From an uncultured Candidatus Binatia bacterium (GTDB lineage Bacteria; Desulfobacterota; Binatia; UBA9968; CAXXLF01): 64,000 nucleotides of DNA. The stretch covers positions 3,648,001 through 3,712,000 of the forward strand of contig OZ244621.1 of the NCBI GenBank assembly GCA_965218425.1. The letters are read 5' to 3'. Positions 10,041 to 19,951 of this stretch are shown piece by piece; position 1 is the first letter of the stretch, and every line of letters starts with the position of its first letter. Both the position numbers and the translations under genes were made by a program. The notes under the pieces are model-generated. The model did not search any database. It was not told the origin of the DNA and saw only the letters and a program-made list of their open reading frames with translations.

Positions 10041-10562
10041 TTAAAAGAAGATATTCAGATGTCTAGCCCCAACCACCGTCTGGTCCAGCAGGATCGTTCT
10101 TTTCGCAAGGTGCCATACTCCATCGACCTTTCGTAGAAGGTCCTGGCGTTCCCCGGAGTAGAGATCCGGGCTAGGCTCTCCCAGACGATTTCGCGAGACC
10201 AGGATAAAACTGGAGACCTCAACCTCTTGCGGTATATTCGTTGTTTTGATGGTAACGTTTGTAACCATATGGCGGGTCCGTGAAGGGGGTGTATCCGCCC
10301 AGGCAAATTCCGTTGCCAATTTGTTGACTCGAACTCGCAAGGAGGCAATATTCTCGGAGAGAATCTCGGTCTGCTGTGAGTAGTCAAGGGTTCGCGCCTT
10401 GTTTAGCGGGAGCGGCATCCGGTAGCTGATATCCTCTTCCAGCAATTTCAGCCATTCTGAAAAACGACGATCATCCAGCAGCTTGGCCTCGAGGTAGAGG
10501 AAGTGAAGGATTTCAGAATAAAAAGGATCGGCGAGCATGATTGGACTACCGGTTTCAACCAT
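10041..10562 (-). CDS. Aromatic ring-hydroxylating dioxygenase beta subunit
   Basis: FLYLEAKLLDDRRF.EWL, P.SRTRH.VTN, YSGERQDLLR, LAKRTILLDQ; directly after the alpha subunit. Confidence 0.93.
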   Translation of the reverse strand: MVETGSPIMLADPFYSEILHFLYLEAKLLDDRRFSEWLKLLEEDISYRMPLPLNKARTLDYSQQTEILSENIASLRVRVNKLATEFAWADTPPSRTRHMVTNVTIKTTNIPQEVEVSSFILVSRNRLGEPSPDLYSGERQDLLRKVDGVWHLAKRTILLDQTVVGARHLNIFF

Positions 10563-10574
10563 CTGAATCCTCTT

Positions 10575-11897
10575 TCACCTTATGAGAGGTTCACGCGATT
10601 CTTGCATCAAAAATTTTATACACTGTCCATAGAAGAAGCGCTCGAGGGAATCGAAAAAGGGCGGTTGTCCATAATACCCTTCGCCGGGACCGGGCCACTC
10701 CTTTGAGGGTGGCATATCCAGGCCCAGCTCATAGTGAAGCCAAAGTTCTTTGGCCACCGAGCCACGTAACCCCTGGGTAACTTGAGCCCAGTTTTCTAAA
10801 TCGTCCTGCTCAAATGTCCCTGCGACGCCAAATACCCGTTGGTAACACTGCCTGGAGCACTCCTTCCACCACTGTGGCGCGTTCTTGTCCACAAAGAGCC
10901 AAGTCCATCCCTCCATTTTATCCGGTCCCTTGGGCTGCCACTGACGAAGGGTCAAAAATGAGATGGGCATTCCATCAGGACCTCCCCATTCCTCAGGGGT
11001 GTGGCCCGCCGTTTGAAGAAAACTTAGATTCGGAAAAACGTTGCCGGCCAGCACGATTAGGGGTTTAATTATCTCAAACTGCTCTTTGCTTAGTTTCTGT
11101 TCTAGCTCCGACCAGAGTTCTTGAGGCAGTCCAAGGTAAATCGGCGGGCGTGAGGATGGACCCACCAGCGAGGCGCCGTGGCCGTTACCCAGCGAAACTG
11201 CGTAACCCACCGGCGGACCCGTCGTCTTCAATTCGTGTAAGCCAAGCTGAATGGAAAATCCGTGGGTGGTGAAAACGTGGAAGCCATCTCCAGTGAAATT
11301 AGCCGCACCTAATTTCCAGTTTGTATCTGCTACCCATCGAATGGGTGGACCAACCACCTCAGTTGCCTCCGTTCGTCCGAATGCTAGATCCAACACCCAC
11401 TTCATGGGGCCCAGATAATCAGCCAGGGGCTCCGCGGCAGGATTCCAAGCTGCAAATATCAGACCGTGATATTTGTCGACGGTGGCCTGATAGAGTCCGT
11501 TTTTGCTCTTGTCTAGCCTCCCCTGATAAGCCTCAAGAAACGGGACTGCAATGAGTTCTCCCGCTTCGTTATAAGTCCAACCGTGGTAGCCACAAATAAA
11601 CTTGGAGGTGGTGCCGAGATCCTCCCCGCAAACCTTTCTCCCGCGGTGTCGGCAAACGTTCAGAAACACTCGGATCTTCCCGTCCCGACCCCTCGATACA
11701 ATAACGGGGTCTTCTCCCATTTGGCGCGTAACGAAATTTCCGGCCTGGGGGATTTCTGATTCGTGAGCTACATACAACCAGGTCCTGGCAAAAAGTCGCT
11801 CTAGCTCTAAACGATAGATTTCAGGGTCCGTGAAAATCCGCGAACTCACTAACCCTTCTGCTGGCTTGATCAGATTATCAAACGATACATTGGCCAT
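10575..11897 (-). CDS. Aromatic ring-hydroxylating dioxygenase alpha subunit (biphenyl/phenylpropionate-type)
   Basis: Rieske CRHRG..CGYHGW, NWKL.AANF.GD.FH...TH, FPNLS, EQDD.ENW; ATG 11897 with GAGGA RBS. Confidence 0.93.
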   Translation of the reverse strand: MANVSFDNLIKPAEGLVSSRIFTDPEIYRLELERLFARTWLYVAHESEIPQAGNFVTRQMGEDPVIVSRGRDGKIRVFLNVCRHRGRKVCGEDLGTTSKFICGYHGWTYNEAGELIAVPFLEAYQGRLDKSKNGLYQATVDKYHGLIFAAWNPAAEPLADYLGPMKWVLDLAFGRTEATEVVGPPIRWVADTNWKLGAANFTGDGFHVFTTHGFSIQLGLHELKTTGPPVGYAVSLGNGHGASLVGPSSRPPIYLGLPQELWSELEQKLSKEQFEIIKPLIVLAGNVFPNLSFLQTAGHTPEEWGGPDGMPISFLTLRQWQPKGPDKMEGWTWLFVDKNAPQWWKECSRQCYQRVFGVAGTFEQDDLENWAQVTQGLRGSVAKELWLHYELGLDMPPSKEWPGPGEGYYGQPPFFDSLERFFYGQCIKFLMQESREPLIR

Positions 11898-12124
11898 GCT
11901 GAGTGTCCTCGTCCAATGTGCTTCGTCGCATTTGCCTATGGGCTGAGACCGCTCACACTCAATGGCTGCCAAGGGCAAACACCGGATGACTATATTGAAG
12001 GGATTGTGACTTTGTCAAGTTGGCTTTTAGACCGTTTTTCTCTTACAAACGCTGTGACTTGTGAATTTGCAGGTACAGCCGCGGTTATGGTAGAAGCTGG
12101 CCAAGGCAATTCAAAGGAGGGAAA

Positions 12125-12961
12125 ATGGCACAACTCGGAATGGTTGGCGTGGGGGCTATGGGCAGTTCGCTTTTAGGGCGTTTGAGGCTGGCAGGTCTGG
12201 ATGTAACCGTGTACGACTGCGATGGGGCGGCTCAGGAGAAGGCGCTCTCGCTGGGTGCGCGAGGTGTATCTTCTGCGGCGGCGGTGGCTGAAGTTTCGTC
12301 CATTATCGATGTGGTGGTTCGGACCAACGAGGAGATGTTGGATTGCATGCTGGGGGGAAAAGGGGTCTTGGCGGGTGCCAAGGGCGGCACCCTGGTGCTC
12401 CTCCACAGCACCATACTGCCGAAAATCACAAAACAAGTTGCGGAAGCGGCTCGTGGAAAGGGGGTGGACGTCATTGATGCCTGCATGGTTGGAGTTCCTA
12501 GGGTCGTCCAAAAGGGTGAAGTCAATTTCCTGGTTGGAGGTTCCGCTGAACTTGCGGAGCGCGCGCGCCCGCATCTGCTCAATATGGGTAAAGCTGTAAT
12601 TCACATGGGCCCATTGGGTGCTGGGAATGCCGCGAAGCTGATCAAAAACCTGGTGACTGGTTCAGAAACTTTGATTCTCCACGAGGCCATCAAAATCGGG
12701 GAGGCCTGTGGCATCAAGTACCGCGATGCGCTGGAAATGATGAAACAAGTAGCGTCTTCGGACAGCCTGATTGACCACTGGGAGGAAAGGTTTGACCCTT
12801 CCGGTGCAGACCCGACACCAAAAGTGGGAGTCAACCTCTACGATAAGGACTTACCCCTGGCGGGTCAGGTGGGACGGGAATCTGGGGCCGATATACCCAT
12901 AACCGAACAGCTTGTGGCGGCGGGTTTACGACTCATGGAGGCAAAGAGTAGAGCAAGCTAG
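12125..12961 (+). CDS. NAD(P)-dependent beta-hydroxyacid dehydrogenase family protein
   Basis: GVGAMG Rossmann motif, HST, G.G.AAKL.KN, KDL.LA. Confidence 0.88.
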   Translation: MAQLGMVGVGAMGSSLLGRLRLAGLDVTVYDCDGAAQEKALSLGARGVSSAAAVAEVSSIIDVVVRTNEEMLDCMLGGKGVLAGAKGGTLVLLHSTILPKITKQVAEAARGKGVDVIDACMVGVPRVVQKGEVNFLVGGSAELAERARPHLLNMGKAVIHMGPLGAGNAAKLIKNLVTGSETLILHEAIKIGEACGIKYRDALEMMKQVASSDSLIDHWEERFDPSGADPTPKVGVNLYDKDLPLAGQVGRESGADIPITEQLVAAGLRLMEAKSRAS

Positions 12962-13107
12962 TTTCGAAAAAAGAGGAATAAAAACCAATATAAACCAACT
13001 CATTGATTGGTAATAGATACTTTTATACTTTAAGTTCATAATGCTCCGTTTGGAATCTTAAATTAGAAGGCGGGCCATGTCTGTTCAGTTACTCTCACCC
13101 TAGAACC

Positions 13108-14280
13108 ATGGATGACCCAAGGATCGATTTTGTCCATACCGGACCCGGTACGTTAGCCGGAAAGTATTTACGAATGTTCTGGCAACCCGTTTATCGAGCC
13201 AAGGATCTGGGTATAGGCCGTGCTGTTCCTATCCGCATCATGAGTGAAGGGTTCACCCTTTATCGTGGGGAAAGCGGAATGGCTTACATGGTGGATTTCC
13301 GTTGTGCCCACCGCGGCACGCAACTCTCAACTGGTTGGGTGGAAGGGGATACCATCCGGTGCAGGTATCATGGTTGGAGATACGAAGGAACAGGGCAATG
13401 TGTTGAACAACCCGGGGAGGAAGAGTCCTATGCGAGCAGAGTCAAAATTAAAAGCTATCCCACTTGGGAGTATTTGGGTCTTATTTTTGCGTATCTCGGG
13501 GAAGGCGCCCCGCCACCCTTACGGCGTTTTTCGGATTTTGACAGACCGGGTTTAACCGGCGCCGCGGAGATTGAATATTGGCCCTGCAACTACTTCAACC
13601 GTTTGGATAATGCCTGCGACGCGGGGCATGTGGTATTTACCCATCGAGAGTCGATTCAACGGTCCGGCAGGCTGGACCAGCTTGCGGTGCGCCAGGTCTC
13701 TGCCGAAGAGACCGATTACGGAGTGCGCACTAGTATTCAAGTCCCAGGAAAATCGCCCATTTACCTTCATTGTCACATGCCGAATATCAATCAGGTCAGG
13801 GTCCAGGTGATGATCGAGGGATCAGCGGAAGATGTAAAATCCCTCTGGGCAGACCGGTTGTTTTGGAGGGTCCCCGTGGATGATGAACACTCGGTGAGCT
13901 ATGCGGCGGACTGGCTCCCGTTGACTGGGGAGGACGCAAAAAAATACCAGGAACGGCGCCAGGAGTCCCAGGCATCATTTGAACTCGTGGGTCGTTCCCA
14001 TGGTGAATTGGGCGAAGCCATTCTCCAGGGGCAAATGCAGATAAAGGACATTGACCCCATAACCAACATGTACCAGCTTTTTTTGGCCGAGGACTATGCC
14101 GTGCAAGTGGGGCAGGGGACCGTCGCGGATCGTTCCCATGAAACTCTCGGACGGTCGGATGTGGGAGTGTTCCTTCTACGCAAAATTTGGGAACGGGAAC
14201 TCCGGGCCCTGGCCGAGGGCCGCTCCCTCAAGAAATGGAATACGCCTGCCGGATTAGCCGATCAAAGCGTCATTGCGTGA
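13108..14280 (+). CDS. Rieske non-heme iron oxygenase (phthalate dioxygenase/LigX/VanA-like)
   Basis: TGPGT.AG.YLR.FWQP, CAHRG..CRYHGW, D.GH..FTH, ED...Q.GQG, E.LG.SD.GV. Confidence 0.92.
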   Translation: MDDPRIDFVHTGPGTLAGKYLRMFWQPVYRAKDLGIGRAVPIRIMSEGFTLYRGESGMAYMVDFRCAHRGTQLSTGWVEGDTIRCRYHGWRYEGTGQCVEQPGEEESYASRVKIKSYPTWEYLGLIFAYLGEGAPPPLRRFSDFDRPGLTGAAEIEYWPCNYFNRLDNACDAGHVVFTHRESIQRSGRLDQLAVRQVSAEETDYGVRTSIQVPGKSPIYLHCHMPNINQVRVQVMIEGSAEDVKSLWADRLFWRVPVDDEHSVSYAADWLPLTGEDAKKYQERRQESQASFELVGRSHGELGEAILQGQMQIKDIDPITNMYQLFLAEDYAVQVGQGTVADRSHETLGRSDVGVFLLRKIWERELRALAEGRSLKKWNTPAGLADQSVIA

Positions 14281-14382
14281 AGCGAAGAATCCAAGTTCCT
14301 TGATGACTCCAATTTTCCTCCGTGAGGAGCCGCGCTAATTCTTCGATGGATAGGGATGATCCGTTGAAAAATCGGCGTTATT

Positions 14383-14411
14383 TTGATTGATCCACTTTTT
14401 CTGTTTATAAG
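14383..14411 (+). promoter_or_regulatory. Putative sigma70 promoter TTGATT-N17-TATAAG
   Basis: Consensus-like hexamers, 17-bp spacing, upstream of the structured element and CoA-transferase genes. Confidence 0.35.
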
Positions 14412-14513
14412 CTGTAGATAAGTCGGATGAATACCACTTTAGGAGGCTAAAAATAGCGTTTCTCAGCGATATGCTTAACGCCTAGGCTAAAGTTCTTGCA
14501 ATAAAGCAATGAC

Positions 14514-14768
14514 TTACGTGATTTAGCCGGGAATCCGGGACTGAGATGCCTCGCCTAGCCAGGCGGTCCGTAATGGCGCTGGAGAGGAATCTCCAGAAGA
14601 TGGCAGAGCAAATATATCAATCTTCCCAAAACCAGCCCGACAAGTAGGCCTGTCAACCACTTTCGTGCATGTAAACCGATAGAGAGGCAGGGAAAGAAAA
14701 CGGCCATGGCAACCGGACCAAGCATGAGTATGACTCAGTAAAAAAGACGTTTGGCTGAAATCGTGTAA
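14514..14768 (+). ncRNA. Candidate unannotated multibranch structured RNA
   Basis: 17-bp closing helix with four G-U pairs plus four nested helices and a GGAA-capped 7-bp hairpin; no family recognised. Confidence 0.45.
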
Positions 14769-14902
14769 AAACGCCACGGTGAAATGTGGTGGCGTCGGGA
14801 TTTCGGATGAAACGACTTGTCGATACTTGCACTCTCAAGGCTTTCGTTAGGATGATAAGGAGTCTGTTTGCAGAAAAAATCGTGAAAAGGTAGAACCTGG
14901 CC

Positions 14903-15814
14903 ATGGACAAACTCTGTGACCTTTCGGGGGCCGTCTCTCAGGAGGTAAAAGACGGTATGGCCGTGGCCATGGGTTGCGGCCTTGAATCCCTTATCCCGTT
15001 TGCCAGCGGGTATGAAATCATCAGGCAGAGGAAAAGGGACCTTACCCTGATCGCTCCTATCTCCGATATCCAGTTTGACCAGCTCATAGGGGCGGGCTGC
15101 GTTAAAAAAGTCATCGCGGCTTGGGTGGGAAATGTGGCGGCGGGACTGGGCCACAACTTCAGACGAGCCATGGAAGAAAGTGTCCCCAATCCGCTGCAAA
15201 TAGAAGAGCATTCTAATTTTACTTTGGGGTTGGGTCTCAAGGCTGCGGCCATGGGTTTGCCGTTTCTTCCCACCGGCACGGTGCGAGGTAGCGACTTTGG
15301 TCAAGGCTCCCAATTTCGAACCGTGGAATGTCCGTTTAGCGGTGAAGAGCTCTTAGCCGTGGGGGCCATTGTTCCGGACGTAGCGATTCTTCACGTACAT
15401 CGGGCCGACTCGGCGGGCAACGCCCATGCTTGGGGCAACCTGGGAGTCATCCAGGAGGCGGCGCTGGCCGCAAAACGGGTGATACTTACCTGTGAGGAAA
15501 TCGTCAACCATGAGCATATCCTCAGTGACCCCAATCGGACCATCGTGCCCGGTTTCCTTGCGTCCAAAGTGGTTCACCTTCCTTTTGGCTCACACCCGTC
15601 ACCCACCCAGGGGTATGCGCGAAGAGACGACCTCTTTTATTTTGATTACCACAAGCAGTCGCGTAGCCGGGATGATTTTTTGAAATGGCTGGAAACGTGG
15701 GTCTACGGGGTCGAGGGCCATAAGGGTTACCTCCATCGCCTCGGCAAAGAGCGATTGGAGAAGCTAAAGCCTGCCGGTGATTTGTTGTCCCCGGTAGTGA
15801 ATTTCAGCATGTGA
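14903..15814 (+). CDS. Family I CoA-transferase alpha subunit (glutaconate/3-oxoadipate type, GctA/CatI-like)
   Basis: DQLIGAGCV, EEHS....LGL.AAA.GLPF, PDVAILHVHRAD..GN, G.HPSP.QGY..RD. Confidence 0.9.
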   Translation: MDKLCDLSGAVSQEVKDGMAVAMGCGLESLIPFASGYEIIRQRKRDLTLIAPISDIQFDQLIGAGCVKKVIAAWVGNVAAGLGHNFRRAMEESVPNPLQIEEHSNFTLGLGLKAAAMGLPFLPTGTVRGSDFGQGSQFRTVECPFSGEELLAVGAIVPDVAILHVHRADSAGNAHAWGNLGVIQEAALAAKRVILTCEEIVNHEHILSDPNRTIVPGFLASKVVHLPFGSHPSPTQGYARRDDLFYFDYHKQSRSRDDFLKWLETWVYGVEGHKGYLHRLGKERLEKLKPAGDLLSPVVNFSM

Positions 15815-15844
15815 GGCGCTAAAGGGGGATCATTCCGCACTTCC

Positions 15845-16621
15845 ATGTCCAATACGCAGAATCTTATGGATTATACGCGAAGGGAATTGATGGTGGTGGC
15901 CGCGGCGCGTGAGATTCGTGACGGAGAGAAGGCGTTTGTGGGTATGCGCTTACCTTTACTCGGTTTCGCCGTGGCAAAGGAACTCCATGCGCCCAATGCC
16001 ATTGGAATATTTGAAAACGGTGTCGTTCGCGATTGGCCTGCCATGGATCCGATATTTACCATGAGTGACCCGCCGAACGTAGCGCGTTCTCTATACTGCG
16101 GTGGCCTAGTGGACGTTATGGGGTTGCTGCAGAGCGGGCGTGTGGAATTGGGCTTTATCGGGGGAGCCGAAGTGGATCGATTCGGCAACTTAAACACCCA
16201 TTGGGTGGTGGAAGGTGAAAAGCAAACAAGACTACCGGGCAGTGGAGGGGCAGCGGATATTGCAACCCTGGCGGGCCGTTGTATCATCATCATGAATCAT
16301 GAGAGACGTCGGTTTCCTCCCAAGGTCCACTTTATCACCTCGCCGGGATACGGTGATGGTAAGGATTGGCGAAAAAAACAAAGCCTCAGGGGAGGTGGGC
16401 CGAATCGAGTGATTACGAGCCTGGGAATCTTTTCCTTTGACCCAACGAGTCATGAAATGGTTCTCAGTTCCACCCACCCTGGTGTTACGATCCATGAGGT
16501 TCAGGGGGAGACCGGTTGGTCTCTCAAAATCTCTGACGACATCAAAGAAACACCTCCCCCTTCCAAAGACGAGGTCGCCGCGGTGAGAAAATATGATCCG
16601 AAGGGCGTTTGGACGTCTTGA
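15845..16621 (+). CDS. Family I CoA-transferase beta subunit (GctB/CatJ-like)
   Basis: Catalytic FENG, GFIGGAEVDRFGNLNT, RLPGSGGA.D, FITSPG, TGW.L. Confidence 0.92.
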   Translation: MSNTQNLMDYTRRELMVVAAAREIRDGEKAFVGMRLPLLGFAVAKELHAPNAIGIFENGVVRDWPAMDPIFTMSDPPNVARSLYCGGLVDVMGLLQSGRVELGFIGGAEVDRFGNLNTHWVVEGEKQTRLPGSGGAADIATLAGRCIIIMNHERRRFPPKVHFITSPGYGDGKDWRKKQSLRGGGPNRVITSLGIFSFDPTSHEMVLSSTHPGVTIHEVQGETGWSLKISDDIKETPPPSKDEVAAVRKYDPKGVWTS

Positions 16622-16675
16622 AAAGGCTCCTCCCATGGAACCACCTGGTCAAGCATCCGCCATCTGAGGGATTCA

Positions 16676-18583
16676 ATGGGATGGATCGATGTGGGCGTCA
16701 TTGCCCTTTTTATCATCTACGCCATCGGCTCAGGGCTTAAAAACCGGGGCCAAGCTTCCAAAAACATAGAAGAGTATTTTCTGGCAGGGCGCAGTCTGCC
16801 GGGGTGGAAGGCTGGACTGAGCATGGCGGCTACACAGTTTGCCGCCGACACTCCGCTGCTGGTAACTGGAATTATCGCTACTGCGGGGATATTTGCCCTT
16901 TGGCAACTATGGATCTACGCCTTAGCCTTCTTACTCATGGGATTCGTCATGGCTTCCAACTGGCGGCGAGCCGGCGTGATCACAGACGCGGAACTCACGG
17001 AGGTGCGTTACGGTGATAAGCCGGCGGCGGTCCTTCGAGGGATCAAGGCTCTCTATTTTGGTACTGTCTTCAACTGTACCGTTCTTGCCTGGGTGCTATT
17101 CGCCGCTGTAAAAATCGCTGAACCCTTTCTCCTTTGGGAACTTTGGTTACCCTCGGGAGTCTTGCGGCCCGTTGTGGATTTAGTGGAGTGGGTGGGAGTC
17201 CCGTTAACCGTGGTCCCGGCCAACGATCCGGACGTTTGGGTTAAATCTGCGTCCAACCTGGTCTCCATCCTGTTGATGGTCTTTGTGACTACACTGTATT
17301 CGGCCACCGGGGGATTGAGGAGCGTCGTGTCCACCGACATGGTGCAGTTCTCCATCATGTTGCTTGGGACTCTGTGCTTTACGATCATTGTGGTGGCAAA
17401 GGTGGGAGGTCTCCATGCGGTTACGGATCAGATCTATGCCAAGTTTGCCGGCGCAGGGCCAGGGGGCATCTTGCCCGGACAGATCTTGGCCTTCACTCCA
17501 GATCAGGCAAAGGATGCTTCCTTGGCCTTACTCTTTCTCTTTGCCTTTCAGTGGCTCATTCAACTCAATTCAGATGGCACCGGCTATCTGGCTCAAAGGT
17601 CCATGGCCTGTCGCAGCGAGAAAGACGCGAAAATTGCGGCTGTTGTCTTTACCTTCGCCCAGGTCCTGTTGAGGAGCCTCTTGTGGCTTCCTTTGGGCTT
17701 GGGGCTTTTAATCCTGTTTCCTCCGGATCCAAACCTGGCGCGGGAATACCTGCAAGGCGATCGAGAGGCAACCTACGTGAGGGGAATGGCGGAACTGCTA
17801 CCCCCCGGGGTGTTGGGCTTGACGCTGACCGCCATGCTGGCGGCCCTGGCCTCCACCGTGGACACCCATTTGAATTGGGGAGCTTCCTATTGGACCAACG
17901 ATATTTACAAGAGGTTTATCTGCCAGGCCTGGCTGGGGCGGGAGCCGGGGGAGCGCTCCCTGGTTTGGGTGGCCCGCGGTGCCAACATGCTCATTTTGAC
18001 CATTGCCCTGGTTATTATGACCCAACTGACATCCATCAACCAGGCATGGCAGTTGAGTCTTCTCCTGGGCGCGGGTATGGGAGTGGTTTTGATTTTACGC
18101 TGGGTATGGTGGCGCATGAACGCATGGGCGGAAATTGCGGCCATCGTGGTCTCCCTAGTTGTTGCGCCCTTTCTCCTGGTCTATGTGGACGATGAGCATC
18201 ACGCGTTGAGATTGCTGGTCATGGCCATGGTCTCCACAGTGGCCGCACTATTGGCCATACGGGTTGCGGGGCCGGAGGATAGGGCTCAATTGACTTCATT
18301 TTATAAAAAAGTGAGACCCGCCGGATTCTGGGGACCCATTGCCAGGGAAGCGGGTGTGGTAAATGATCATGGGCCCCGTCGCCTGTGGCGCTCCATCGGT
18401 GCCATGTTGGCCTGTGGGCTTTCCGTATTTTGTTTGTTGGTGGGAATCGGCAGCTGGCTTGCCGGAAGTCCGGCCCCCTTTTGGTTCCCGTGGCCGTCTC
18501 TCTGGGTGTTTCTGTTAACCTTCTTTGGACTGGCTCTTTTTCCTTTGTGGTACCGGCTTGGATTTAGCGAAGACAACGGCTAG
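16676..18583 (+). CDS. Sodium:solute symporter (SSS) family protein
   Basis: YFLAGRSL, MAAT.FAADTPL, GGL.SVV.TD..QF, GYLAQR, ST.DTHLNWGASY..ND.Y. Confidence 0.9.
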   Translation: MGWIDVGVIALFIIYAIGSGLKNRGQASKNIEEYFLAGRSLPGWKAGLSMAATQFAADTPLLVTGIIATAGIFALWQLWIYALAFLLMGFVMASNWRRAGVITDAELTEVRYGDKPAAVLRGIKALYFGTVFNCTVLAWVLFAAVKIAEPFLLWELWLPSGVLRPVVDLVEWVGVPLTVVPANDPDVWVKSASNLVSILLMVFVTTLYSATGGLRSVVSTDMVQFSIMLLGTLCFTIIVVAKVGGLHAVTDQIYAKFAGAGPGGILPGQILAFTPDQAKDASLALLFLFAFQWLIQLNSDGTGYLAQRSMACRSEKDAKIAAVVFTFAQVLLRSLLWLPLGLGLLILFPPDPNLAREYLQGDREATYVRGMAELLPPGVLGLTLTAMLAALASTVDTHLNWGASYWTNDIYKRFICQAWLGREPGERSLVWVARGANMLILTIALVIMTQLTSINQAWQLSLLLGAGMGVVLILRWVWWRMNAWAEIAAIVVSLVVAPFLLVYVDDEHHALRLLVMAMVSTVAALLAIRVAGPEDRAQLTSFYKKVRPAGFWGPIAREAGVVNDHGPRRLWRSIGAMLACGLSVFCLLVGIGSWLAGSPAPFWFPWPSLWVFLLTFFGLALFPLWYRLGFSEDNG

Positions 18584-18836
18584 AATTCTTGAGTCTATTC
18601 GTTCCATTGATATGGGTGAGGTTTCGTGGTGTGGGATAAAATAGGCCTTGCAGAAAAATTCGCGACCAGGTAGATAGAGGTTCCATGAATTGCCCCACTA
18701 GGGAATTCAACCGGTCTTCATTTGGTGTTGACCATGGTGTTTTCATGCCGACTCATCCACGGGAAGTGTGTCCGTCGACTCCCTCAATGCCAATTCGCAC
18801 ATTGAAAAAAGCATCAGGGGCGGGTTGCGGATAGTC

Positions 18837-19331
18837 ATGTTGCGGGTGGTGTCAAAATTTCTAATCCTGCTGTGTTTTTGGATCCTTCTTTCAGGTCAGA
18901 TCGATATTCATGAAGCCGGGGATCGCTTCTTGATGGCCTGCGGCGTGGTGACCTGTATCTTTGTAACCTATCTTACCCACCGCAAGGGCATACTGGACGA
19001 GGAAGGACATCCCATTCATCTGGCGCTGGCGGTGCTCGCTTACTTTCCATGGCTCCTTTGGCAGATTGTCATTGCAAATCTGGATGTGGCCTATCGAGTC
19101 TGGCATCCAAGACTAAACATCTCACCCCGAATGATACGAATTTCCTACAGCACCAAGACCCCGGTGGCGACGGTGGTCTACGCCAACTCCATCACCCTCA
19201 CGCCGGGCACCGTTACCGTCAGTGTGGACGAACAGAAAGGTGAGATGCTGGTGCACGCCCTTTCCGACAAATCAGCCGCGTCGCTACTCTCTGGCGCCAT
19301 GCAGGACCGTATTCACAAGCTGGAGGGATAA
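18837..19331 (+). CDS. mnhE: Mrp/Mnh Na+/H+ antiporter subunit E
   Basis: ANLDVA, YANSITLTPGTVT, LVHAL. Confidence 0.92.
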   Translation: MLRVVSKFLILLCFWILLSGQIDIHEAGDRFLMACGVVTCIFVTYLTHRKGILDEEGHPIHLALAVLAYFPWLLWQIVIANLDVAYRVWHPRLNISPRMIRISYSTKTPVATVVYANSITLTPGTVTVSVDEQKGEMLVHALSDKSAASLLSGAMQDRIHKLEG

Positions 19332-19340
19332 ACCATAGGT

Positions 19341-19613
19341 ATGAATCCAGCCGAAGGCGCTTCCTGGCTCGCTGTCTTTGTTATCCTCCTGGGTTTAATC
19401 CTCGTATTGATCCGCGCGGTTATGGGTCCAACACTATTCGATCGCATCTTGGCCGTAAACATGGCTGGGACAAAAACCGTGATTCTCGTGGCGCTTTTGG
19501 GATTTGCCAGCAAACGTCCGGAGTTTTTGGATATCGGGCTTCTGTACGCGCTGGTGAACTTTATTGCCACCATCGCCATTCTTAAATTTAAAGAACGAGG
19601 ACGACTGGGTTAA
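19341..19613 (+). CDS. mnhF: Mrp/Mnh antiporter subunit F
   Basis: GPTLFDRILAVN, LDIGLLYAL.NFI.T. Confidence 0.92.
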   Translation: MNPAEGASWLAVFVILLGLILVLIRAVMGPTLFDRILAVNMAGTKTVILVALLGFASKRPEFLDIGLLYALVNFIATIAILKFKERGRLG

Positions 19614-19618
19614 CTGTC

Positions 19619-19951
19619 ATGACGGTGGTTTTTGACGTATTGACGGTGGTCTTCCTCGCTGTGGGTTCTTTCTTCGCTCTCACCGGGGCAGTTGGGATTT
19701 TGCGCCTTCCCGACTTCTATTCCAGAATTCATCCTGCCGGGAAAAGCGATACTTTGGCTCAATTGATGATCCTGATGGGATTGGTGTTTCAAGTTTTTCG
19801 TAACGACAGCTATGACATTTTTATCGGTGTCAAATTGATCTTAATCGTTCTACTTTTATTTATTACATCGCCCACGGCGGTCCATGCCATTGCCAGGGCG
19901 GCCCATTTGGATGAACAAAATTCCAGGAAGAATCCTGAGAGCCATGACTGA
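19619..19951 (+). CDS. mnhG: Mrp/Mnh antiporter subunit G
   Basis: GILRLPDFYSR.H, SP.AVHAIARAA. Confidence 0.92.
   Translation: MTVVFDVLTVVFLAVGSFFALTGAVGILRLPDFYSRIHPAGKSDTLAQLMILMGLVFQVFRNDSYDIFIGVKLILIVLLLFITSPTAVHAIARAAHLDEQNSRKNPESHD

Noticed and set aside
14490..14515. Imperfect palindrome AAGTTCTTGC-N6-GCAATGACTT as a Xer/dif-like or operator site
   Set aside because: Single 8/10 palindrome with no recombinase or second copy seen.
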